Positions 21,604-32,675 are shown, numbered from the stretch's first letter. The stretch is 62,159 nt of DNA from Microbacterium sp. (GCA_047606715.1 JASGEE010000060.1:1-62159); one strand, 5' to 3'. The notes: generated by a model not told the origin, from the sequence alone. Made by a program: numbers and translations.

Positions 21604-22713
21604 TTATAAATCAGCGTGCAATTGCCACACTCGTTCCGCCGAACTCAGCCAGGAGAACGCGCGTCCCCGATCTCCCGCAAGCACACCGTACCGCTCCGCG
21701 GTCGCGACCGAGCCCAGAACCTCACCGAGGGCATCCGCGAGCTCATCCGCACCGGCGAGCACTCCGCCCTCGGCGACGACCTCGCGCGCCATCTCGGTGT
21801 CAACGGCCACCACCGGCACGCCGACGCTCAGCGCCTCCACGACACGCCACGGGAACGAGGTCAGCTCGGTCGGTGCGATCAGCGCGACCGCCCCGCCCAG
21901 CGCCGCCGCCCGATCGGCATCGTCGAGCGCCCCGCGCGCGTGCACGCGGCTCTCCGCGATGCCGGCGGCGACGGCGAGCTCCACGACGGCCGGCTCGTCA
22001 CCCTCGGGCACGTCGAGCACCACGACCGGCAGATCCGCCCCGGCGCGTGCGATGGCCGCGAACCCGTCCGCCAACCGCGCCGACGGTGCCGACGACCCCG
22101 CCAAGAGGACGCCGCCGTCCGGCAGCCCCAGCTCTCGGCGTCGGCCGATCTCGTCGGTGGGCACCGCGAAACCGGCGGGGGCAGCTCCCGCGATCACCCG
22201 GATGCGCCCCTGCAACGGTGCGAGCTCTGCCAGCCGCCGCGCCGCCGCGTGCGTGGGCACGACGACGGCATCCGCGAATCGCGCGGCGCGTTTGAGCATC
22301 GCGCGCTGCCAGGTGAGCGCGACGCGGCCGAGTTCCCTTGGGCGCTCCCACGCATCCAGATCCCACAGCGTCACCACGGTCTGGTCGTGGTCGTGGATGC
22401 GGTCGTGCTTGACGAGAGGGGCGAGCAGGCTCGGCGAATGGATCATGCCGCCCCCGACTCCCCGCGCGGCCCCCACCTGCCACGCCGTGGCGAGCTCGCG
22501 CCGCGCGAGCGTCCTGGTCACCTCGGCCAGCCCCGGTACGGCGCTTTCCAGCACCCCCGCGACATCCGGTGCACCCGGCACGATCGCTGCGACATCGCAC
22601 CCCGCCGGGGCGGTGCGCACGAGGGCCCGCGACAGCTCCCGCGATGCGATGGCGAGGTCGGCATCGGTTCGCGCCACGAGCTGGTCGAGGACGACGCGCA
22701 GTGTCGCCGGCAC
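21604..22713 (-). CDS. GT-B (family 4-like) glycosyltransferase
   Basis: VVTLWD, ADAVVVPT, PWRVVEALSVGVPVV, FSW. Confidence 0.75.
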   Translation of the reverse strand: MPATLRVVLDQLVARTDADLAIASRELSRALVRTAPAGCDVAAIVPGAPDVAGVLESAVPGLAEVTRTLARRELATAWQVGAARGVGGGMIHSPSLLAPLVKHDRIHDHDQTVVTLWDLDAWERPRELGRVALTWQRAMLKRAARFADAVVVPTHAAARRLAELAPLQGRIRVIAGAAPAGFAVPTDEIGRRRELGLPDGGVLLAGSSAPSARLADGFAAIARAGADLPVVVLDVPEGDEPAVVELAVAAGIAESRVHARGALDDADRAAALGGAVALIAPTELTSFPWRVVEALSVGVPVVAVDTEMAREVVAEGGVLAGADELADALGEVLGSVATAERYGVLAGDRGRAFSWLSSAERVWQLHADL

Positions 22714-22716
22714 GGC

Positions 22717-24180
22717 TCAACCCTCCGTCGTGGGCGACGGTGACGGCGGATACAGGGCCTCCTGGATCAGCTCGCGCACGTGCGCCCACTGCTCCTCGGT
22801 CGGGTCCTCCGTGTCGATGCCCACGCCCTCGGGAGTGATCTCCAGCGTCTGCACCGGCTGCTCCTTGGCCTTGACCGCCAGCTCCACGAGATACGGCAGC
22901 AGCGAAGCCGGGATGTCGGTCTGCACGAGGTCTTCGCCGGCCGCGGCGACCTCCTGGAATCTCGCCAGCACGTTCGCCGGGTTCGCCTGCGCGAGAATCG
23001 CCTGCTGCAGCTCGCGCTGGCGGCGCATGCGGTCATAGTCGCTCGTCGTGTAACGCGAGCGGGCGTACCACTGGGCGGTGTCCCCGTCCATGAGCTGCGT
23101 GCCGACCTCGATCCAGCCGGTCGCCCAGTCTTCGGCCGACTCGCCGTCGTAGGTGGGCCCGCCGCCCTTCGGCAGCCGTTCGGTCACCGTGATCTCGACG
23201 CCGCCGAGGGCATCGACGATGTCGGCGAAGCCCTTCATGTCGACGAACACGTAGTACGGGATCTCCACGCCGAGGATCCCTTCGGCGGCATCCTTCGTCG
23301 CCTCGATCGCGGGGGTCGAGCCCTGCGCCTCGGCATCCGGATACAGACCGGTGCCGCCGTCTTCGCGGCAGATCTCCACGGCGTTCATGAGCTGGTTGAT
23401 CCCCGGCCCCCAGCCGCACGTCTGTGACACGTAGCCCTGCAGCCCGTCGGGATAGAGGTCGTTCATCGGCCCGTCGGAGAAGGGCACGTACGACAGGTCG
23501 CGGGGGATGCCGGTGATGTGCACCGCACCCGTCTCGGCGTTGACCGAGACGACCGAGATGCTGTCGAAGCGCATCGAGTCGCGTCCCAGGCCGCTGTCGG
23601 CACCGAGCAGCAGGAAGTTGTAGTAGCCGTTCGAGGGCTCCACGCTCGGACCGCTGGCGCCGAAGATCGCGGCGATCGCCTCGCGAGCGGGGGCCAGCAG
23701 CTTCTGGGCGGCGTAGACCGCTCCCCCGCTGCCGAGGACGAGACCCAGGATCGCGACGACCGCGACGGCGGGGCGCGACTTGGGCCGAGTCTTCACGAGC
23801 CGCACGAGCCGCAGCGTGTCGACCGTGAGCACCGTCCACAGCACGGCGTACGCCAGCAGCAACACCTGCGCGATCAGCAGCCCGACGACGTTCGTGGCGA
23901 TCGTCACCAGCAGCGTCGGCCACACGAGCGCGGCCACGATGGCGAGCACGACGAGCACCCACATCGTCAGGGTGGCGGCCAGGCCGAGGCGGCCGAGGCG
24001 GCGATTGCCCGACAGCGTCTGAGCCGATCCGGGCACGAGGAAGTTCATCGCGACCAGCCACCACGCCCGCCGGGTCATGATCTGGGGCGAGCGCGTGTCG
24101 GGGCTGCGCAGCGGCCGGTCTCCGAGGACGACGGATGCGGCCTGTCGCGTCGCGTCACGGGGTGGGGCGCTCACACTCAC
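22717..24180 (-). CDS. LytR-CpsA-Psr (LCP) family glycopolymer transferase
   Basis: [44 protein letters not shown]; N-terminal TMs. Confidence 0.92.
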   Translation of the reverse strand: MSVSAPPRDATRQAASVVLGDRPLRSPDTRSPQIMTRRAWWLVAMNFLVPGSAQTLSGNRRLGRLGLAATLTMWVLVVLAIVAALVWPTLLVTIATNVVGLLIAQVLLLAYAVLWTVLTVDTLRLVRLVKTRPKSRPAVAVVAILGLVLGSGGAVYAAQKLLAPAREAIAAIFGASGPSVEPSNGYYNFLLLGADSGLGRDSMRFDSISVVSVNAETGAVHITGIPRDLSYVPFSDGPMNDLYPDGLQGYVSQTCGWGPGINQLMNAVEICREDGGTGLYPDAEAQGSTPAIEATKDAAEGILGVEIPYYVFVDMKGFADIVDALGGVEITVTERLPKGGGPTYDGESAEDWATGWIEVGTQLMDGDTAQWYARSRYTTSDYDRMRRQRELQQAILAQANPANVLARFQEVAAAGEDLVQTDIPASLLPYLVELAVKAKEQPVQTLEITPEGVGIDTEDPTEEQWAHVRELIQEALYPPSPSPTTEG

Positions 24181-24692
24181 AGCGCTTCCTTCAGCCGGCG
24201 GTTCTTCTCCTCGACCTGCTCCTCGAGCGCGCGAGCGTACTGCTCGACGCGGTCGGCCAGACGCTCGTCGGCGGCGCCGAGGACACGAGCCGCCAGCAGC
24301 CCCGCGTTCTTGGCTCCGTTGATCGACACGGTCGCCACCGGAATGCCCGCCGGCATCTGCACGATGCTCAACAGCGAATCGAGCCCGTCGAGCGTCGCCA
24401 GCTGCACCGGCACACCGATCACCGGCAGTGCGGTGACCGAGGCGAGCATCCCAGGCAGGTGGGCCGCCCCGCCGGCTCCGGCGATGATGACCTTCAGACC
24501 GCGCTGGCGCGCCTCACGCCCGTAGCGCAGCAGCTTGTCGGGCGTGCGGTGCGCCGAGACGACCTCGACCTCGTGCGCGATCGTGAACTCGCTCAGCACC
24601 TGCGAGGCATCGCTCATGACTCGCCAGTCGGAATCGGAACCCATCACGACACCGACGAGGGGGGATGCCGAGGAATGCAGAGGCCGAGTCAC
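24177..24692 (-). CDS. purE: N5-CAIR mutase
   Basis: [36 protein letters not shown]. Confidence 0.97.
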   Translation of the reverse strand: MTRPLHSSASPLVGVVMGSDSDWRVMSDASQVLSEFTIAHEVEVVSAHRTPDKLLRYGREARQRGLKVIIAGAGGAAHLPGMLASVTALPVIGVPVQLATLDGLDSLLSIVQMPAGIPVATVSINGAKNAGLLAARVLGAADERLADRVEQYARALEEQVEEKNRRLKEAL

Positions 24693-24752
24693 CCGTCAAG
24701 GCTAGGCCGCGAGCCTGGAAGAACCCCGCAGCGCCACGCTTGTGCGGTCGCG

Positions 24753-25865
24753 TCAGGCGAAGAACGCGGCGGCGGCCCGGGCCTCGTAGGCGACGGCATC
24801 CAGCTCATCGCCGGTCGCGTTGACGTGACCCACCTTGCGCCCCGGGCGCGGAGCCTTGCCGTAGGTGTGCACCTTGACCCCCGGATGCGCGGCCAGCGCC
24901 TGCGGCAGCCGGCTCTCCAACGTGTCGCTTTGCGGTCCGCCGAGGATGTTGATCATGACCGCCCATCTCTGCCGCGGCGTCGCGTCGCCCAGCGGCAGAT
25001 CGAGCACGGCGCGCAGGTGCTGCTCGAACTGCGAGGTCACCGCGCCGTCCTGACTCCAGTGTCCGCTGTTGTGCGGGCGCATCGCGAGCTCGTTGACGAG
25101 CAGTCGCTCGTCGGTGGTCTCGAACAGTTCGACCGCCAGCATCCCGGTGACGCCCAGGCCCTGCGCGATGGTCGTGCCGATGTGCTCGGCGACCTCGTCC
25201 AGTCGCGCCATCGAGTGCGGGGCGGGGGCGATGACCTCCGCGCACACGCCGCCCCGCTGCACCGTCTCCACGACCGGGTAGGCCACCAGCTGCCCCGACG
25301 GGCGGCGGGCGACCTGCTGGGACAGCTCGCGCGTAAAGTCGACGAGCTCTTCGGCCAGCAGCGCTCCCGCACCGAACCACTCCGCCACCTCGGTGGGGTC
25401 GGCCACGACGCGCACCCCCTTGCCGTCGTAGCCGCCGCGGGGCGTCTTCACGACGGCGCGCCCGCCATGATCGTCGAGGAAGTCCTGCAGCGCGGCGGCA
25501 TCCGTCACGGCCGCCCACTCCGGCTGCGGCAGACCCAGCTCGTCCAGGCGCGCCCGCATGCGCAGCTTGTCCTGCGCGTACTGCAGCGCATCGGGCCCGG
25601 GATGCACGGCGACGCCGTCGGCGACGAGGGCGCGCAGCACCTCTTGCGGCACGTGCTCATGGTCGAACGTGACCACGTCGAGACCCTGGACGAACGAGCG
25701 GACGGTGTCGAGGTCGCGGTAGTCTCCGACGGCGGTGGCCGCGAGCTGAGCCGACATCCCGAGCTCTTCGGCGAGCACCCGCACGTCCAGTCCGAGCTCG
25801 ACCGCCGGAGCGATCATCATGCGAGCCAGCTGCCCGCCCCCCACGATTCCGACCCGCAGCGCCAT
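24753..25865 (-). CDS. purK: N5-CAIR synthetase
   Basis: GGGQLARMM, GGYDGKG, NELAMRPHNSGH, RKVGHV. Confidence 0.97.
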   Translation of the reverse strand: MALRVGIVGGGQLARMMIAPAVELGLDVRVLAEELGMSAQLAATAVGDYRDLDTVRSFVQGLDVVTFDHEHVPQEVLRALVADGVAVHPGPDALQYAQDKLRMRARLDELGLPQPEWAAVTDAAALQDFLDDHGGRAVVKTPRGGYDGKGVRVVADPTEVAEWFGAGALLAEELVDFTRELSQQVARRPSGQLVAYPVVETVQRGGVCAEVIAPAPHSMARLDEVAEHIGTTIAQGLGVTGMLAVELFETTDERLLVNELAMRPHNSGHWSQDGAVTSQFEQHLRAVLDLPLGDATPRQRWAVMINILGGPQSDTLESRLPQALAAHPGVKVHTYGKAPRPGRKVGHVNATGDELDAVAYEARAAAAFFA

Positions 25866-25913
25866 GTGTCTCTCCTCGCCCTTCCGAACCCATCTTCCCC
25901 CACCCGCACCGGG

Positions 25914-26486
25914 TCAGGAGCGCGGGGGGATCGCGTCGGTCCGTCCGAGGACGGGGATGCTCTGCGAATCACGATGGGCGAGGATCTGACTCACCTCGAC
26001 CTGATCGACGAGCGTCTCGTGCATGAGCCGCACCGCCGGGATGTTCACCATCCGCAGCGGCGCGTCGACACCGTTGGCGAGCGTCAGGGTCCCGGCACCC
26101 CACATCCGCTGCAATGGCCCCCGCCGCTCGGCGATCGTGTAGCCGCGGGCATGAGCGATCTCGCGACGGTGCCGCCCGAACACGCCCGACTGCTCGATCA
26201 CGCGCCGCGTCGTCACGGTGTAGGTATGCGTCAGCCAGCGCACGAACGGCACGATCACCAACAGCAGGACGACCACCCCCGCCGCGGCCCACAGCATCCA
26301 GTTCTCCAGCGGTGCGGGCAGGTTGTCCGTGAAGTATCCGACCGCTCCGGCGACGGCGATGAGCACGAGCGCCGACCAGAACAGCCGCCGCGCGTGCGTG
26401 CGCACCCGCGCGATGCGCAACTCGGACGCATCGGACCCCGAAGCGGGCATGAAGGGACGCCCGGGGACGGCGGTCGGCTGAGTCAC
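25914..26486 (-). CDS. Membrane protein with bacterial PH (bPH_2) domain
   Basis: Two TMs then YTVTTRRVIEQSGVF...RGPLQRMWGAGTL; GTG 26486 preceded by CACAAT-N6. Confidence 0.8.
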   Translation of the reverse strand: MTQPTAVPGRPFMPASGSDASELRIARVRTHARRLFWSALVLIAVAGAVGYFTDNLPAPLENWMLWAAAGVVVLLLVIVPFVRWLTHTYTVTTRRVIEQSGVFGRHRREIAHARGYTIAERRGPLQRMWGAGTLTLANGVDAPLRMVNIPAVRLMHETLVDQVEVSQILAHRDSQSIPVLGRTDAIPPRS

Positions 26487-26559
26487 CCCTCCATTGTGGC
26501 GCGGGCCGACGACGGCGCCGCCAGGCGCGCGTGACTCGCCCGAATGCGGCCGGTCGCGG

Positions 26560-26644
26560 GTGGCGAAATCCTCCCATCGCGATGCCACGGGCCGAAAACC
26601 CGCCCATGCGGCCCCGCGGGACCCGGATGGGAGGGGTTGGCCAC
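26560..26644. repeat. REPIN-like inverted-repeat element, family B (degenerate copy)
   Basis: GTGGCGAAATCCTCCCATC ... GATGGGAGGGGTTGGCCAC (16/19 complementary); right arm revcomp GCCAACCCCTCCCATCCG matches 50096-50113 at 16/18. Confidence 0.7.
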
Positions 26645-26651
26645 GCCGGCG

Positions 26652-27446
26652 CTACCGCACGTGCACGACGTCGCCGGCGCCGACGACCGACTCCACGCCC
26701 TGCACCGAGACGACCAGCCGGCCCGCGCCGTCGAGCCGCACGGCCTCACCGCGCACGGTGTTCGGCCCTGTGCCGCCAGTACCCTCCGGCAGCGTGACGG
26801 AGACCTGCGACCCCAGCGTCGCGCAGACACCGGCGACTTCGTCGGCGACGGCCTGCCCGCCGCCGACGGCGAGCGCCGCGATCGCATCGCGCAGCCCGGA
26901 GATGAAGTCGGCCAACAGCCGGTCTTCGTCGGCGACCCGCCCGAGGGCGGCGAACGACGTCGCCGTCGGCACCGGCAGCTGCTCTGGCCTCATGGCGGTG
27001 TTCACCCCCGCGCCGAGGACGACGGTGCGCGCATCGCCCGCCATCACCTCGGCGAGGATGCCGCTGATCTTGCGCCCGTCGACGAGCACGTCGTTGGGCC
27101 ACTTCAGCGCGACCTCGTGGTCGTCCAATTGCGCGGCGACCGCGGCGGTCATGGCGGCCCCGGCCACGAGCGGGATCCAGCCGCGATCGGCGGTCGCGAT
27201 CGCCCCCACGCGCAGCAGCACCGACACGGCGAGCGCGGAACCGGGCGGGGTCACCCAGGTGCGGTCGAGCCGCCCGCGACCGGCACGCTGATCGCGGGTG
27301 ACGACGACGGACAGGTGCGGGTGGCCGTCGGGGTCGTCGCGCGCGTCGCGCAACAGCTTCGCGTTCGTGGAGTCGACGGCATCCATCACGTGCACGCGCG
27401 GCGATACGGCGGCGGTGAGCGGGTAGCCCCGCGTGTCATGGCTCAT
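26652..27446 (-). CDS. birA: Biotin-protein ligase
   Basis: [40 protein letters not shown]. Confidence 0.95.
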   Translation of the reverse strand: MSHDTRGYPLTAAVSPRVHVMDAVDSTNAKLLRDARDDPDGHPHLSVVVTRDQRAGRGRLDRTWVTPPGSALAVSVLLRVGAIATADRGWIPLVAGAAMTAAVAAQLDDHEVALKWPNDVLVDGRKISGILAEVMAGDARTVVLGAGVNTAMRPEQLPVPTATSFAALGRVADEDRLLADFISGLRDAIAALAVGGGQAVADEVAGVCATLGSQVSVTLPEGTGGTGPNTVRGEAVRLDGAGRLVVSVQGVESVVGAGDVVHVR

Positions 27447-27566
27447 GCGGCCACCCTATGCCCGCATCCCCGCCCGCGCCGGATGCCGCAACCCGACAGC
27501 GGATCGGCGTTCTCGTTGTCGGTGTCCCCCAACGCAGGCCGGTTCACGGTCGCTAGGGTGGAACGC

Positions 27567-29156
27567 GTGACCGACACGCCCGACCTGTCCACGACCGCCG
27601 GCAAGATCGCCGATCTGCGCACCCGCTTCCAGGAAGCCGTCGTCGATGCCGAGGCCGCCGCGCGCGACAAGCAGCACGGCAAGGGCAAGCTCACGGCGCG
27701 CGAGCGCATCGAGCTGCTCGTCGATCCCGGGTCGTTCGTCGAGCTCGACGAATACGTCCGCCACCGCACGACGGCCTTCGGCATGGACCGCTCCCGTCCG
27801 TACGGCGACTCGGTCGTGACGGGCGTCGGCACGATCCACGGCCGCACGGTCGCCGTCTACGCCCAGGACTTCACGACGTTCGGCGGGTCGCTCGGCGAGG
27901 TCGCGGGCGAGAAGATCATCAAGGTCATGGACTTCGCCCTGCGCGGTGGGATGCCGATCGTCGGAATCCTCGATTCGGGCGGCGCACGCATCCAGGAAGG
28001 CGTCGTGGCCCTCGGCAAGTACGGCGAGATCTTCCGACTGAACACGGCGGCATCCGGCGTGATCCCGCAGATCTCGATCATCATGGGCCCCGCCGCCGGC
28101 GGCGCGGTGTACTCCCCCGCCCTGACCGACTTCGTCGTCATGGTCGACAAGACCAGCCAGATGTTCGTGACCGGCCCGGACGTCATCAAGACCGTCACCG
28201 GCGAGGACGTCAGCATGGAGGAGCTCGGCGGCGCCTACACGCACAACACCCGCTCGGGCGTCGCGCACTACCTCGCCGAAGACGAGGACGACGCGATCGA
28301 CTACGTCCGCACCATGATCGGATTCCTGCCCGACAACAACATGGCCGACATCCCGGTCTACGAGCACGCGTTCGAGTGGGAGACGACGGATGCCGACCGC
28401 TTCCTCAACACGATCATCCCCGACTCGCCCAACCAGCCGTACGACATCCATCAGGTCATCGCTCATCTCGTCGACGGCGGCGACTTCCTCGAGGTGCAGC
28501 CGCTGTTCGCCCCCAACATCGTGATCGGGTTCGGTCGTATCGACGGCCGCAGCGTCGGGATCATCGCCAACCAGCCGTCGCAGATGGCCGGAACCCTCAA
28601 CATCGAGGCGGGTGAGAAGGCGAGCCGCTTCGTGCGGTTCTGCGATGCGTTCTCGATCCCGATCCTCACCCTCGTCGACGTGCCGGGGTATCTCCCCGGC
28701 ACCGATCAGGAGTGGACCGGCGTCATCCGCCGCGGCGCGAAGCTGCTGTACGCCTACGCCGAGGCGACGGTCCCGCTGGTGACCGTGATCTTGCGCAAGG
28801 CGTACGGCGGGGCCTACATCGTGATGGGCTCGAAGCAGATGGGCGCCGATGTCAACCTCGCCTGGCCGACGGCCGAGATCGCGGTGATGGGCGGCCAGGG
28901 CGCCGTCAACATCCTGTACCGCGGCGAGATCAAGCGCGCCACGGATGCCGGCGAGGACGTCGCCGCCGTGCGGACGCGCCTGGCGAACGAATACACCTAC
29001 AACGTCGCCTCGCCGTTCCTCGCGGCCGAGCGCGGCGAACTCGACGGGATCATCGAGCCGGCAGCCACCCGTGTCGCCGTCGCGAAGGCGCTGCGTGCAC
29101 TGCGCGGCAAGCGCGCGAGCCTGCCGGCGAAGAAGCACGGTAACATCCCGCTATGA
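27567..29156 (+). CDS. accD: Acyl-CoA carboxylase beta (carboxyltransferase) subunit, AccD5/PccB type
   Basis: [41 protein letters not shown]; GTG 27567 after TAGGGT-N7. Confidence 0.95.
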   Translation: MTDTPDLSTTAGKIADLRTRFQEAVVDAEAAARDKQHGKGKLTARERIELLVDPGSFVELDEYVRHRTTAFGMDRSRPYGDSVVTGVGTIHGRTVAVYAQDFTTFGGSLGEVAGEKIIKVMDFALRGGMPIVGILDSGGARIQEGVVALGKYGEIFRLNTAASGVIPQISIIMGPAAGGAVYSPALTDFVVMVDKTSQMFVTGPDVIKTVTGEDVSMEELGGAYTHNTRSGVAHYLAEDEDDAIDYVRTMIGFLPDNNMADIPVYEHAFEWETTDADRFLNTIIPDSPNQPYDIHQVIAHLVDGGDFLEVQPLFAPNIVIGFGRIDGRSVGIIANQPSQMAGTLNIEAGEKASRFVRFCDAFSIPILTLVDVPGYLPGTDQEWTGVIRRGAKLLYAYAEATVPLVTVILRKAYGGAYIVMGSKQMGADVNLAWPTAEIAVMGGQGAVNILYRGEIKRATDAGEDVAAVRTRLANEYTYNVASPFLAAERGELDGIIEPAATRVAVAKALRALRGKRASLPAKKHGNIPL

Positions 29157-29419
29157 CCGGCGACGCCCACACCGCAGCCCCCGATGCTGCGGCGGCGGAA
29201 GCCCCCTCCGCGGCGGTCCTGCGCATCGATGTGCCGCGCGGCAATCCGACCGCCGAGGAGCTGGCGGCCGTCGTCGCCGTCGTCACCGAGGCGTACCAGG
29301 GCGAGGCTGCGACCGCACTGGCCGAAGAGGATCCGCGCTTCTCGGCCTGGCAGCTCTCGGCGCGAGCCCTGCGCTCGCCGCTGCGGCGCGAGGTCGGCTG
29401 GGGCCGCTTCGGCGGGTAG
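29153..29419 (+). CDS. accE: Acyl-CoA carboxylase epsilon subunit
   Basis: [15 protein letters not shown]...SAW; ATGA overlap with accD. Confidence 0.85.
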   Translation: MTGDAHTAAPDAAAAEAPSAAVLRIDVPRGNPTAEELAAVVAVVTEAYQGEAATALAEEDPRFSAWQLSARALRSPLRREVGWGRFGG

Positions 29420-29442
29420 TCCCGTGTGCACGTCGCCGCGCA

Positions 29443-29503
29443 CGCAGAACACCACACTCCGCGCAAGACACCGTGCCGCGCGTGGTGTCGGTGTTTTGCG
29501 GGC
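29443..29503. repeat. Palindromic REP-like element, family C copy 1
   Basis: CGCAGAACACC...GGTGTTTTGCG with inner GACACC/GGTGTC hairpin; similar to 36896-36950. Confidence 0.6.
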
Positions 29504-29561
29504 GGGGCGGCACAGCCGCGTGTCCCCCAAACTACCTACAGACAACACATAGACTCCGGGG

Positions 29562-29700
29562 CAGACTGAAGGAACTGGAACGCTTCTGCGTTCGGTCGGT
29601 CTCCCCTCTAGGGCCCGACCCCTGGTCGATCAGGCTGGCGAGCAGGTTTTCGGGTAACCGCTCGCGCGGCGGGGGGTGGCAAAGCCGCCCCCCGCCCCCT
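29562..29700 (+). ncRNA. Candidate structured small RNA
   Basis: TAGACT at 29550 then four consecutive hairpins ending in a 13-bp stem (29668-29696); no convincing ORF. Confidence 0.35.
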
Positions 29701-29719
29701 CTCCGCATCCGTCGGCTGC

Positions 29720-30766
29720 TCAATCGGATGCGGACGGGCGCCACGGGATCTCGTGCCACAGCTCCACGCTCTCCTCGCCGTCCTCACCCACCGATCGCCC
29801 GACGACCGTGACGACGACATCGTCGTGCCGGGATGCCCGCACATACAGACGTTGCGAGGAGGCGTCGGCGAGCACGGCGGCCAGGCGCTGCCGCACGGCG
29901 GCGCGGTCGGCGGCCGGCAATGCGTCCAGTCCACCCTCGTCGAGCACAGAGACCACCGCGCCCCGGGCACGAACCGCCGCCAGCGCCGCGCGCACGGCAT
30001 CGTCGAGCAGCACCGCACCGCGCAACTCGTCGCGCAGCGCCTCCTCTGCGATGCGCGCCCGCTGCCGTTCATCGGCGCCGAGCCGCCCCTCCACCTCGAT
30101 CGTGCGCGCGAGCACAGGCCCGGCAAGGGCGAGAGCGCGCTGCACGAGCGTACGCCGCTCGCGACGCATCCCCTGCTGCGCCGCCAACCACTCCGAGGCC
30201 TCGCGCTGCACCGCCGTGAACTCGGCGGTGTCGGTCGCGGCGCGGTCGATGAGCCACGTCAGCAACTGCGCGACACCGACCCACAGCACGGCTCCGACGA
30301 CCCCGCGACTGAGCGCGCCGACGGGCCCGATCCACACCGTCGCCGACACCGCGAGCAGTGCGACGCCGGTCCAGGCGAGCCGCGGACGGCGTCGCACCGC
30401 GACGATCGCCAGGAGTGCCGCGATGGCACCCATGCTCCAGGTCGCATGCCCGCTCAGTCGCGCGGCGGGGCCGACTGCCAGCCACGTCACGGTGGGCACG
30501 ATGACCGCCGCGGCCAGGGCGAGCACACCCGCCCAGCCCGGCAGCAGCGCGCTGCGCCCGAGCTCACCCGTGATGGGGTCGTCCTGCGTCGGCGGCTGCG
30601 CACGCCAGAAGATGCACAGCCAGGTCGTGAGGAGGTAGAAGCCGACCCCGGCGACCTGCAGCACGGGACGATCCGGCCAGCTCGTCCACAACAAGGCCCC
30701 CAACGCGAGGAATGCCGTGAAGGCCACCGCCAGGAGCGACAGCACCGCACGGATGCCGACAGTCAT
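29720..30766 (-). CDS. Membrane protein, probable degenerate histidine-kinase-like partner
   Basis: About 5-6 TMs, coiled coil, ALRDELRG..LLD; no recognisable H box or ATP-binding boxes; ATGA-coupled to the kinase. Confidence 0.7.
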   Translation of the reverse strand: MTVGIRAVLSLLAVAFTAFLALGALLWTSWPDRPVLQVAGVGFYLLTTWLCIFWRAQPPTQDDPITGELGRSALLPGWAGVLALAAAVIVPTVTWLAVGPAARLSGHATWSMGAIAALLAIVAVRRRPRLAWTGVALLAVSATVWIGPVGALSRGVVGAVLWVGVAQLLTWLIDRAATDTAEFTAVQREASEWLAAQQGMRRERRTLVQRALALAGPVLARTIEVEGRLGADERQRARIAEEALRDELRGAVLLDDAVRAALAAVRARGAVVSVLDEGGLDALPAADRAAVRQRLAAVLADASSQRLYVRASRHDDVVVTVVGRSVGEDGEESVELWHEIPWRPSASD

Positions 30767-32004
30767 CGCGGATGCTCCCACTCCAACGTCACGATCGTGC
30801 CCGTCGGGTCGGTGTGCACCTGTGCCCGGCCTCCCACGGCCGCGGTGCGTGCCGCGATCGAGCCACGGATGCCGAGGCGGTCGTCGCCGACGGCACCCGG
30901 GTCGAATCCGGCGCCGCCGTCGGACACGCGCACCCGGATGCCGGCACGGTCGGCGCGCACGGCGACCGTGAGCCCGACGCCGTGCGCGTGTTGGACGGCG
31001 TTGGTGATGGCCTGCGTCGCGGCGAGGGTGAGAGCGCGGGCCACGCGGCCCGGCAGCGGAGTCGCGAAGACGGCGATGTCGGCGTCGACGCCCGCCGTGA
31101 GCCCGAAATCGTTCACGACGGTCTGCAGGCCTGCGACGATCTCGCCCGGCGGCACCGGCTCATCGGGGCCCTCACCGGAGTCATGGTCGGCGTTCGCGAG
31201 GCGCGTGAGCGCTTCGCGTGCCATGCTCGCCGCCAGAGCCTGCTCGCGGGGGGTGTCCGCTCGTTCGGCGGCGATGAGTGCGGCCAGCACGCTGTCGTGC
31301 ATAAGCCCGGCGACGGCGATCCGCTCGGTCTCGGCTGCAGCCTCAGCCGCCGCCGCGGCATACGAGGCGACCGCCTCGCGGCGGGCCCGGTCGATGTCGA
31401 TCGCGGTGGCGCGCAGCATCCAGGCGAGGGCGATCATGACGCCGGCGAGGATCAGGATGAACACCGCGCGGTACACCACTTCGTTCGCGTCGTTCTCGCT
31501 CCCCTCGATCTGCACGAGGCGCACAGCGGTGTAGAGGACGGGGATCACGATCGCCCAGGCGATCTGCAGCGGCATCCGGAATGCCATCACGGCGGCGGCG
31601 GTCGCGACGTTCAGCAGGTACCAGATCCAGGGTTCGTCGGAGAACGCGCGGCCCCCGGCGGTCACGGTCGGCCAGGCGATGAGAGCCAGCGGGACGACGA
31701 TCGCGAACGCCCCCGCCGCGAGGCGCACCCCCACCCCGACGGCGCACGCGAGGCTCATGGTCGCGAGCGGGACGAACACGGCCAGGGTCAGCATGAGCCG
31801 CCACGACGGGTCGACCTGCTGATCGCCGAGCGCGTAGAGCAGGGCCTGGACGCCGATCACGGTGCAGCCGAACGCCACGGCACGTTCGAGGAGACGCTCC
31901 ACACGCGCCTGAGTGAACCGTTCGCCGCCGCTCGTGAGCCGGTTCATCGCGCGGTTGCCGGCGGGGGCGACGGCGCTCGCCGTCGAGGCGGTGTCAGGGC
32001 TCAT
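30763..32004 (-). CDS. Membrane sensor histidine kinase (HisKA_3/HATPase)
   Basis: ERIAVAGLMHDSVL H-box, ITNAVQHA N-box, VSDGGAGFD, LGIRGSI, GTIVTLEW. Confidence 0.85.
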   Translation of the reverse strand: MSPDTASTASAVAPAGNRAMNRLTSGGERFTQARVERLLERAVAFGCTVIGVQALLYALGDQQVDPSWRLMLTLAVFVPLATMSLACAVGVGVRLAAGAFAIVVPLALIAWPTVTAGGRAFSDEPWIWYLLNVATAAAVMAFRMPLQIAWAIVIPVLYTAVRLVQIEGSENDANEVVYRAVFILILAGVMIALAWMLRATAIDIDRARREAVASYAAAAAEAAAETERIAVAGLMHDSVLAALIAAERADTPREQALAASMAREALTRLANADHDSGEGPDEPVPPGEIVAGLQTVVNDFGLTAGVDADIAVFATPLPGRVARALTLAATQAITNAVQHAHGVGLTVAVRADRAGIRVRVSDGGAGFDPGAVGDDRLGIRGSIAARTAAVGGRAQVHTDPTGTIVTLEWEHPR

Positions 32005-32647
32005 CGGTGTGCTCGACCACGAGCCCGTCCTCCATGGCACGACGCAGGAGGTCGATCTTCGTCGGGGCGGGCCTGCCCACGCCGACGTACTTCACGCGGA
32101 CGCGCGTGATGTTCTCTTTCGCGGTGGAGTACGCGATGCCGAGCCGATCGGCCACCACCTTGAGGGGCAGCCCGGCCGCATACAGCCGCAGCACCTCGCG
32201 CTCCCGCGCCGACAGCTGGGCGTCGGCGAACGCGCGGTCGCCCTCGATGGCGCCGGCCCACTCGATGTTGTCGAGGGCCTCGCCGCCGGCGATCGTGCGG
32301 ATCGCGGCGATCACGTCGTCGATCCGCGATGCCTTGCTGATGATTCCAGCCGCTCCGGCCGCGAGCGCCTCGCGAACCGGTGCGGTGCGGTCGGCGACGC
32401 TGTGGATGAGCACGGGCGAGCCGTCGGCGGTGAGCGCTTCGACGTTCTCGGTGACCGTCGTGCCGTCGCCGAGCGTCAGGTCGAGGACGACGACATCGAC
32501 GGGGGCTGCCACCGTCCGCTCGCGCCAGTCCAGATATGCGCGCACCGCGCTGCCGGAGAAGACGACCGGGATGCCGCCGCGCGCGCACGCCGCCTCGAGC
32601 CCGAGCCGTACGGACTCGTGGTCGTCGATGAGGGCGACACGCGTCAT
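31994..32647 (-). CDS. NarL/LuxR family response regulator
   Basis: IDDHESVRLGL, VVVLDL, LSAREREVLRLYAAGL HTH. Confidence 0.92.
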   Translation of the reverse strand: MTRVALIDDHESVRLGLEAACARGGIPVVFSGSAVRAYLDWRERTVAAPVDVVVLDLTLGDGTTVTENVEALTADGSPVLIHSVADRTAPVREALAAGAAGIISKASRIDDVIAAIRTIAGGEALDNIEWAGAIEGDRAFADAQLSAREREVLRLYAAGLPLKVVADRLGIAYSTAKENITRVRVKYVGVGRPAPTKIDLLRRAMEDGLVVEHTDEP

Positions 32648-32675
32648 GCGCTCAGCCTAGCCAGCGGGTCCGGCC

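Noticed and set aside
21604-22713. GT4 lacks the canonical EGFGLP motif (ELTSFPW)
   Set aside because: The ORF is intact and the second Glu is retained; divergence alone does not support a pseudogene call.
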